Shown here in pieces: positions 53,701-58,368 of a DNA stretch of 64,000 bases. A program made the translations under genes and the position numbers. The number at the start of each line of letters is the position of its first letter. Positions within the stretch are counted from its first letter, which is position 1. Source of the stretch: a virus. Location of the stretch: IMG/VR virus record IMGVR_UViG_3300046450_001953, positions 3,414 to 67,413 of that record, one strand, 5' to 3'. Under the pieces are notes generated by a model. That model did no database searches. It saw only the letters and a list, made by a program, of their open reading frames with translations, and was not told the DNA's origin.

Positions 53701-54589
53701 ATATTTTCTTGGGAATGTTTTTTACAAAAATGGAATTATATCACTTACTGATACTGATGGTTATTTCTCTAACATATTAACTAACAGTGGTTCGTCTGGG
53801 TTTGAATTGGAGTTTAAGTCAACTCAAACTTTATATGAAAATGAAATAGTGTGTAAAGTAGACCCACATGAATTCAATTTTAGTACAAACCCAACTTCAT
53901 TGGTGGGTGGAAGCATTGAGTTTGATGTAAACGAAGATGGCAAATTTGACATCGCTGACGTGACTTATATATTCAAGTATATCATGGGAGGGTTGACGAT
54001 TAGTGATGTGGACCAGCAACTCATAGATGAAGAAAACAAGTCAATCGCTGTAAGTGCCACATCTCGCAACTGGCCAACCGAAGACATAGTTCTAACAGAA
54101 TCCGAGGATGTTTTGTTAATGGATTTGTTTATGAACTCCGATTTGAATACGAATGGGCCCAACTATAATAGAATTGTTGCGAAACTAAAGAAAATGTATT
54201 CCGCAGGCGAATTTGATATAGATGGAGATGGTGTAACGTCGACAGCTGACGCAAAACTCTTAATGAGATATTTTATAGGAAGAACGGGTCTCCAACTTAC
54301 CCGCGGGTTAGTAGATGGTTATGGGGATGCCACCCGATACAAATCAGCTGATATTATCGAGTATTTAAACGAGAAGACTGGAAAAAACATAGGAAGACGC
54401 ATACTGTCTGATTTTAGGGACTATGATGAAAACGACAAGAAAGACTCCCTTGGAAGTTATCTAGCACCGTATGCGACCACTGTGGGGTTGTATAGTGGTC
54501 TTGAGTTGGTTATGGTTGCTAAACTAGGCAAACCAATTAAGATACTTCCCAACTACCCTATAAACTTTTTGATAAAATTTGATAGTTAA
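44762..54589 (+). CDS. Giant virion adhesin-like protein (3275 aa): FG-GAP propeller, 8 SWKNxRE repeats, dockerin-like motifs
   Basis: Seven FG-GAP blades, eight ~135-aa repeats, two DxNxDG/DxDGDG motifs, and C-terminal PYATTVGLY...VAKLGKP. Confidence 0.85.
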   Translation: MIKILKLSNKSVRRFTTNKEWKYSTLSSDDSLVLEQGDDIPIFLDSETQLATEQNKADFKLNITHGKNIKGTFFSKDSKYFDEKTEPLNYDGSYQRVVYNSMKHLFYNEYGLAGNIKYDKYYKNPLNVFGGESGKYTPLDFKSDIIGQDDDGERRVLGDEVTVLEIPTHVFGEKIKPTSFKITDYSSPYDAIEITDDGNTNLVVGSKTFNEISEVGLNKFIIADTETSSADKKINIDYTDLTYGYVVASSDDYFISGAPILTDSPSELQSGRASLHKYDKSTKRFELLREFYCPFTQSGIAHETANDNCQFILTELGNIVTSENSLINDSFGKSVELCGDICAVGSPNSHITGRNSDQATGHIFVYDKNKGGSDNWGIVNVFEGDPSSEFGTSISVDGDYMVVGAPNLNDGNGGVYVFKKTKRTKSHPWIKTSTIYESYKWNDVIKKYEGLPKQDDEDYIKYLRRRDVIVSKKILKNREHLQEKKDLGEITEEEYIDNLTTPDDYSQVFPFNYLYSHGDDCSEVAGIENMWYKHRYWNAKTHPSVKCKISEDNNYYQKAVWPGYIADENDGSYIPNPDHEQNKENKWAYRWKVQNVSGDNTSLGLFEEDEFDCNDEGVSMFSGPTVNTFGDANKYPVNEYTESPTGSLGDTTFDLIGMVLPPTKSIRRFGENVKLRGDNLYTSNPSTSTPRCYAYSKQTNKYGCEVWELTHTLSDTGMMGHSTKEPTLTPSINSVSINYYDSYVEVELCPSIEDYATWVWKLDSALVDEHKTTGSKKIVGGSRVEKCDSICPRDINYLFHARYDKINNKDAGQIPSNYGTSTDLKFEFFPSYIKVDTLNVDYAHTTDMGEVKVMFTVELSETKSWKYQISGNPIIHNMLVQNEGAVTSAEFITSPGEYTLTVWAIDSPAPPTSNYSRDKRFFRIHEPTATPTPTHAQTPTPIPTTSTPEPIIVDLTHRISGRDRYIRDHDDWVDRSPKTSPKFFSKARLSNSFYKIDSIGSPTSTPDTNTTPTPVPATNISPIGLSWKNFRENISFVYPNVKAGTKPSFMTIYSNAGKTNVGKYDPIHTVAEIGAQETLNGELVRLIFNVGQGESEFYYEFLFMGSVEGTHFTLNELTNKLDYQYTLPANLGNHISISSASFSDTFLDNKSNAKFFSKGETGLSYVDSSADDNTIALSWKNFRENVSFSYPSVKAGTKPSFMTIYSNEAKNSDGSYNPIHTLAEVGAQETLNGKKVRLTFNTGSIGGDEFYYEFLFRGSVEGTHFTLNELRDKFDYECTLPPNQGHIKSIADEQFDDFLSAHAAAKFFSKGENELSYVEPHTDDDTLGLSWKNFRENVSFSYPAVKAGTKPSFMTIYSNEARQEDGGYDPIYTLAEIGAQETLNGETVRLTFNTGFVGGDEFYYEFIFKGTPTGTHYTLSELRDVVDDMPELPANLGVIRKIRDFRTKDIFKKCRQPKFYSKGENELSYVDPWSTTGTIALSWKNFRENISFSYPPVKAGTEPSFMAIYSNEAKQDDGSYDPLYMLAEIGAQETLNGQTVKLIINADNCEADKTKYYEFMFRGSHEGTHYTLNELVTELDYDCTLPPNIGTYVSIDEFSDENAKFFSKGVNALSYVEPWSAADTIALSWKNFRENVSFSYPSVKAGTKPSFMTIYSNEAKNSDGSYDSMHTLAEVGAQETLNGETVRLTLNTGSAGGAEVYYEFMYIGSIEGTHFILNELKDKFEYDCTLPPNFGSYVSSDDKKFFSKGVGGIPYIEPWSPTGTMAVSWKNFQENVSFSYPAVDTGTVTTTMSIYSNDAKQPTGGYSQLKILAEIGAQETLNGEKVRLTLNTGSVGGDEFYYEFIFKGSELGTHFTLNELKDKFEYECTLPPNLGGYVELGGLDFEDFLLNRSEAKFFTKTPYQDSYSESTLSDDTISLSWKNFRENVSFSYPIVKAGTKPSFMTIYSNGAKLKDGSYDPLYTLAEIGAQETLNGQKVRLTLNTGSVGDDEFYYEFTFDGDVDGTHYTLNELIDRDDEHFQLNRGTHLEKIYIDALKPNKSSHIQKQRIEFVTEQYAEKLTREYTEQLIGVKSFGCLPANKGTPTKNNMSRVPDDMLQSGADAQWYSRNEDLWYKENSNLQNEIEISWNNVRENVSFHYPTKVAGETPITMKIYAPNHRLKQALPASGRDSQVHIPDYILAEITATETLNGEVVRLTFNTGMDTEFFYEFLFDGTSEGTQYTLDELSWKPSPRLKTPLLIRSPEFEHCKIRIDKESIGSGFHVLHLALVDANNIPIDDESTLGFFNNPTLYDTQPRQMLVNKTFRYGDIKSEFGTALDASDEYLIIGNPSDREYSPLSDQRKEYEAGAVFVFRLSSSGGIDFFKKVYGESDSEVYFNFRFGCDVSLLGDNFLVGGYADEYSDISIVESGSEKKVEIEDFIFGASKFTDDSYATTEVLITNYQHDLNSEFGDVVIKIDIGSLDIDRTKLSDIEVRADFIDTGRDTIRIEEVRGHGTDGINGVYVKMKNPINVKDGCDIEGSESSRVYMSKNGWSIYWEDIRDTWVLTDTPNTSHEYQETFAWKDYHRAFDLSVGLDEFDILSTENLSKLFELYEVTDSTQTNTWKSRIQNVYPENKLLYIDLIIELESIGTLDITEDVVKKLFSLYRLHSVKRIGSDIEARWLGSMETTKSILPIINELNAVNSIYVNFELLKRTIFELYKISDGDVMISWAKRLGYNYTLTDVLSEVRPTYYDKINKRNLNILFKIHGVPVGEFRDKWESRINLGFLLCDVYSEITNRNTINFSMSSQSSSMDMPTKFTHGFGSLENLNIKVTSNNDTTGQNGSLAWGIYRDETRIVGSQIHIYVNMLDSIDFPDSIIFVYNSIKNAVNGYAYYYSIHEGECNRVKRLKTNKGKYTCKKQYGHSVSLSKDFLYIGSPILGNFNIDNLVTFGFSPIVSFGTSDKMFLEYDEIHPKYINDLNKNVVGSVISYDHSALRDDKKYFLGNVFYKNGIISLTDTDGYFSNILTNSGSSGFELEFKSTQTLYENEIVCKVDPHEFNFSTNPTSLVGGSIEFDVNEDGKFDIADVTYIFKYIMGGLTISDVDQQLIDEENKSIAVSATSRNWPTEDIVLTESEDVLLMDLFMNSDLNTNGPNYNRIVAKLKKMYSAGEFDIDGDGVTSTADAKLLMRYFIGRTGLQLTRGLVDGYGDATRYKSADIIEYLNEKTGKNIGRRILSDFRDYDENDKKDSLGSYLAPYATTVGLYSGLELVMVAKLGKPIKILPNYPINFLIKFDS
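47700..51450 (+). repeat. Array of eight ~400-bp coding repeats (SWKNFRENVSFSYP...[11 protein letters not shown]...GTHFTLNEL)
   Basis: Copies begin near 47700, 48220, 48675, 49130, 49570, 49990, 50445 and 51065. 48279-48408 is identical to 49629-49758. Confidence 0.95.
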
Positions 54590-54655
54590 ACAAAATTATC
54601 TTATATTTATGTAGAAGAACTTATAGAACTTAACTATTAACCGAGGAAAAATATT

Positions 54656-55258
54656 ATGGCCGCACCAGACCCAGCTGCATCAAACGCAAGAGCAGAAACA
54701 CTTACCAATCCAGCAGGACGCTGGTCAATCAAACACGCCAAGGGCCTCGAAGATTTATACAAGAACGCCGCTGGAAGTATTTATACTTGCATGGGTGGTG
54801 GAAATCTACCTGGTGGAGCACAATCCCCTGGTTTGAATGAACAAATTGGTTCGGGTATGAATTGTTACGGCAAAACGCAAAGTTTCTTCGGATACGGCCG
54901 CGGCAATGATTCCAAAACCTCGGACGGAAAGAATCGTGGTGTTAAAGGTGGTGAAGGAACGGAAAACGTTGCCGGTAAAGGCAGAAACCAAATACCAAGA
55001 CAAAAGGGATCAATCGACATCAAGGGATTTACAACACACAGAGTACCAATGACAGACCATGATTACGGAGCAAATGCAGGTGCCGTTCAGTCTTTGGCCG
55101 AATCAAGTTGGTACACTACAGGCTTGACCTCAGCCACCGTAAAATATGGCACTTCGATGACAGGTCTTGACGGCCGTTCGGCCAGCACCCGCGGTATCAA
55201 CAGTGCCAGAAAGACGCATGACGCCAAGGGAATGGGTAATAGTTCCAACAAGTACTAA
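54656..55258 (+). CDS. Gly/Ser/Thr-rich, probably disordered phage protein
   Basis: 200-aa ORF with GAGG RBS and ATATTTAT at 54603. Few hydrophobic residues. Confidence 0.75.
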   Translation: MAAPDPAASNARAETLTNPAGRWSIKHAKGLEDLYKNAAGSIYTCMGGGNLPGGAQSPGLNEQIGSGMNCYGKTQSFFGYGRGNDSKTSDGKNRGVKGGEGTENVAGKGRNQIPRQKGSIDIKGFTTHRVPMTDHDYGANAGAVQSLAESSWYTTGLTSATVKYGTSMTGLDGRSASTRGINSARKTHDAKGMGNSSNKY

Positions 55259-55266
55259 TTAAAGTC

Positions 55267-55305
55267 TTGCGTTTCTTGCGTTTGTGGCATAACATTAAGT
55301 TATGC
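55267..55305 (+). promoter_or_regulatory. Sigma70-like promoter TTGCGT-N17-TAACAT overlapped by inverted repeat GCATAAC-N5-GTTATGC
   Basis: -35 at 55267 and -10 at 55290, 6 nt before ATG 55302. Confidence 0.5.
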
Positions 55306-55823
55306 AAAAAAAATCATATTCCTTGGGACTTGATATAAGTTCAACGGTTGTTGGGTATTGTGTATCAACATCTAAGAAAAATATAACTGAAGCAGGTTAT
55401 ATCGATATCCACAAAGAACCCACTATTAGGGACAAAGCACATAAAGTTGCCCAGACTCTGGAGAACTTGGATGGAGTTCCTGATATAATAATCATTGAAG
55501 AAAGTTTAAGTGGTTTTGGTGGAGGACGAACGAGTCAGCAGACTATTGTAAAACTCGCAAAGTGCAACGCAGTAGTAAGTTATGTAGTTGAAGCAATTTA
55601 TGAGTGTGATATTGAACACGTAAATGTATCCACTCTCAGAAAGGCCGTTTTCGGCAAAAGTCGTGAGAAGGATGTTGATAGCAAGCAGTTCGTACGTGAA
55701 CAACTTGAGAATATGCTTGATTTATCTGAGTTTGTTGTCTATAATAGTAGAAAAAATTATGATAAAAAGAACTATGATATGTTGGACGCGACCGTAGCAT
55801 CTCTTTATCACTGGTATAAATAA
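55302..55823 (+). CDS. ruvC: RuvC-like Holliday junction resolvase
   Basis: LGLDISS (D), IIIEE (E) and YDMLDA (DxxD) catalytic motifs. Confidence 0.8.
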   Translation: MQKKSYSLGLDISSTVVGYCVSTSKKNITEAGYIDIHKEPTIRDKAHKVAQTLENLDGVPDIIIIEESLSGFGGGRTSQQTIVKLAKCNAVVSYVVEAIYECDIEHVNVSTLRKAVFGKSREKDVDSKQFVREQLENMLDLSEFVVYNSRKNYDKKNYDMLDATVASLYHWYK

Positions 55824-55827
55824 CACG

Positions 55828-56754
55828 ATGGGGATTTCCGAGCAGAAGTTGCTCACACTATTACAAAAAGTTCTAGGTGAGGGCAAAATGGTTTCAAAAG
55901 ATGAGGCAATGTTTGTGTGTCCGTTTTCCCACCACAGAAAACCCAAGTTGGCAGTAAATCTAACCACACAATATTGGCAAAGTTGGATTGATACGAATGC
56001 CAAGGGAAGAAGCATCTATACGTTGTTTAAGAGGTTACAGGTTCCAAGCAATTATTTTGCGGAACTTTCCAAGATTGTAAAACTTCCCAAGAGCATGAAG
56101 TTGGCAGATACTGAAAAACAATACGTATCATTGCCTTATGAGTTTAAAAGATTAACCGAAACACATAAAGATTTTTCTTACACAAAGGCAATGAACTATT
56201 TGAAAAATCGTGGCATTAAGTCATATGACATTGAACGTTACGACATTGGATATTGTTCGGGTGGAGATTATGGTGGCAGAATTATTGTTCCGTCATTTGA
56301 TGTGGATAACAAATTAAACTATTTTTTAGCAAGAGATTTTACTGGTTCCGCATATCTAAAATACAAAAACCCACCCGTTAGTAAGGATGTTGTTGTATTT
56401 GAGAATCAAGTAGACTTCTCCGAACCACTTATTTTCTGCGAAGGAGTATTTGATGCAATTGCCATTCGCAGAAATGCGATTGCGTTGTTGGGAAAGAACA
56501 TCCCAAGTAAATTAAAAATGCGACTGATAGAACATGGAGTAAAAGAAGTCAGTATTGTATTAGACAACGATGCCTATAAGAATGCATTGGCCATGTCCGA
56601 GTCGTTGATGAACGACAACATCCAAGTTAGATTGATTAAAATGGGAAAAGAAGATGCCGCGGACTTGGGATTTAATAAGATTATTCACAGACTCAAACAT
56701 ACAAATCTACTTGATTTTGGTGAATTAATGAAACAAAAATTATGCATGAACTAA
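55828..56754 (+). CDS. DNA primase (DnaG-like, TOPRIM)
   Basis: YLKNRGI, RIIVPS, KYKNP, CEGVFDA, ALLGK and LDNDA motifs. Confidence 0.9.
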   Translation: MGISEQKLLTLLQKVLGEGKMVSKDEAMFVCPFSHHRKPKLAVNLTTQYWQSWIDTNAKGRSIYTLFKRLQVPSNYFAELSKIVKLPKSMKLADTEKQYVSLPYEFKRLTETHKDFSYTKAMNYLKNRGIKSYDIERYDIGYCSGGDYGGRIIVPSFDVDNKLNYFLARDFTGSAYLKYKNPPVSKDVVVFENQVDFSEPLIFCEGVFDAIAIRRNAIALLGKNIPSKLKMRLIEHGVKEVSIVLDNDAYKNALAMSESLMNDNIQVRLIKMGKEDAADLGFNKIIHRLKHTNLLDFGELMKQKLCMN

Positions 56755-57446
56755 AATCTGATCTGAAGAATGTTGAGAAAGTATATCATTTAGCAGACAT
56801 TCACATAAGAAACGTAAAACGACACACCGAGTATGTAGGTGTATTTGAAAACTTTTACAACCAAGTAAAACAGGACAACTATGACAACGCATTGATTTTC
56901 ATTGGTGGGGATATTGCTCATGCCAAGACGGAAATGAGTCCTGAGTTAATTAAGCAAATTTCTTCATTTTTACGGGAGTGCTCCAAATTACATCCAACAA
57001 TCGTCATTGCGGGAAATCACGATTGTAATCTAAATAACCCAGACCGATTGGATGTTATATCTCCAATTATGGATATGATGGATGACGATGATTTGTTCTA
57101 TCTGAAGGATAGTGGGGTGTATAAAATCGGAGATGTTGCGTTTGGGGTATTTGGTATATTTGATGATCCGGCAGAATATGTCAACGGTCAAGATATTGAC
57201 GATCCTGAGATCACAACAAAGATTGCAGTTTATCATGGTGCAGTAAAGAGAAGCATGACGGACATAGGATATGTCGTGATGGGTGGTGACATAGAATTGC
57301 CTATGTTCAGTGGATATGACATTGTTATGCTTGGGGACATCCACAAATATCAAGAATTACAAGAATACCAAACTGAACATAGATTCATTTCAGAGAATGC
57401 GGTAGACGAGTATAAACTTGAAGGGTGGTATGTGGCAGATGAGTAG
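56742..57446 (+). CDS. sbcD: SbcD/Mre11 (gp47-like) nuclease, N-terminal part
   Basis: HLADIH, GGDIAH, IAGNHD, YHG and LGDIHK motifs. Lacks the following YxGS motif. Confidence 0.9.
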   Translation: MHELKSDLKNVEKVYHLADIHIRNVKRHTEYVGVFENFYNQVKQDNYDNALIFIGGDIAHAKTEMSPELIKQISSFLRECSKLHPTIVIAGNHDCNLNNPDRLDVISPIMDMMDDDDLFYLKDSGVYKIGDVAFGVFGIFDDPAEYVNGQDIDDPEITTKIAVYHGAVKRSMTDIGYVVMGGDIELPMFSGYDIVMLGDIHKYQELQEYQTEHRFISENAVDEYKLEGWYVADE

Positions 57447-58368
57447 AGTTTTAATTAGATGTAGGAATATTGAAATAGGAGATATTCTATTTGCAAGTAG
57501 TATTGCCAAAAAACTTAAGGAAGAAAATCCAGAATACTCAGTTGATTTTGATTTGAATTACTTGCAACCGATTGAACTACTTCAGAATAATCCTTATATT
57601 GATAACGTTTATTACAAGGAGAGTGTTGGGCCATATGATGAAACATTTGAACTTACGGATGACCCCCGTACACTAGACCCATACAAATCAGCAGTATCTC
57701 AGTTTCAACAAATGTGTAATATAAAAGATCCCGACGATACATTTGAAATTTTCACAAACACATCAGAAGACTATGCCATCGGCCGAAGCATGGGGGAGTT
57801 GATCAACATAGGTGAATGGCAACCTAACTTTATTAAAGTCTGTTATGTCATGGATTGGGAACGAAAGAGTTATTTGCTTTCTGAGGAAGAAGATGAACTC
57901 GCACCCGGATCTCCAACAGGAACTGGATCCGGAAGAAGTCCCCGGAAGTTAGATGATATATTGAAACCTTTATATAAACCAAATATCATGTTGTTTGCAA
58001 TTGGGATTGAATCCAAACTTTCCAAAGCATTCCCTAGTATAAATTCGTCAAGCAAGTTTTCATTCACCGCAAGTTTGATAAAAAACTCCAACTATGTCAT
58101 AGGTCCTGAGGGATGTTTAACAAATATGTCGTCTGCACTCGGAGTTCCGACAATCATAACCACGGACTACATTCATCAGCTGATCACCTCCAAAGGCTTG
58201 GAGTGGCCACAAGATGAAGCAGCTAATTTAAATAATTTAAAATGCAGGCCTCCGTTTCTGGGGCCCTGTCAATATTTCCCAAAAGCAAATCATGTTCATT
58301 TGAATCCTTTTTTAAGTGATACCAAGGTGGGTGAGAAAATTTTAGAAATTGTAACAGATGGAAGATAA
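57439..58368 (+). CDS. GT-B family 9 (heptosyltransferase-like) glycosyltransferase
   Basis: IGDILFAS, ELLQNNPYIDNV and ASLIKNSNYVIGPEG..TNMSSALGVPTI motifs. Confidence 0.8.
   Translation: MSRVLIRCRNIEIGDILFASSIAKKLKEENPEYSVDFDLNYLQPIELLQNNPYIDNVYYKESVGPYDETFELTDDPRTLDPYKSAVSQFQQMCNIKDPDDTFEIFTNTSEDYAIGRSMGELINIGEWQPNFIKVCYVMDWERKSYLLSEEEDELAPGSPTGTGSGRSPRKLDDILKPLYKPNIMLFAIGIESKLSKAFPSINSSSKFSFTASLIKNSNYVIGPEGCLTNMSSALGVPTIITTDYIHQLITSKGLEWPQDEAANLNNLKCRPPFLGPCQYFPKANHVHLNPFLSDTKVGEKILEIVTDGR

Noticed and set aside
19757-57446. TAG reassignment or read-through (the three split points at 19757, 23044 and 57444 all end in TAG)
   Set aside because: Read-through meets another in-frame stop shortly afterwards and does not join the downstream ORF frames. 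Very long ORFs are intact under the standard code.
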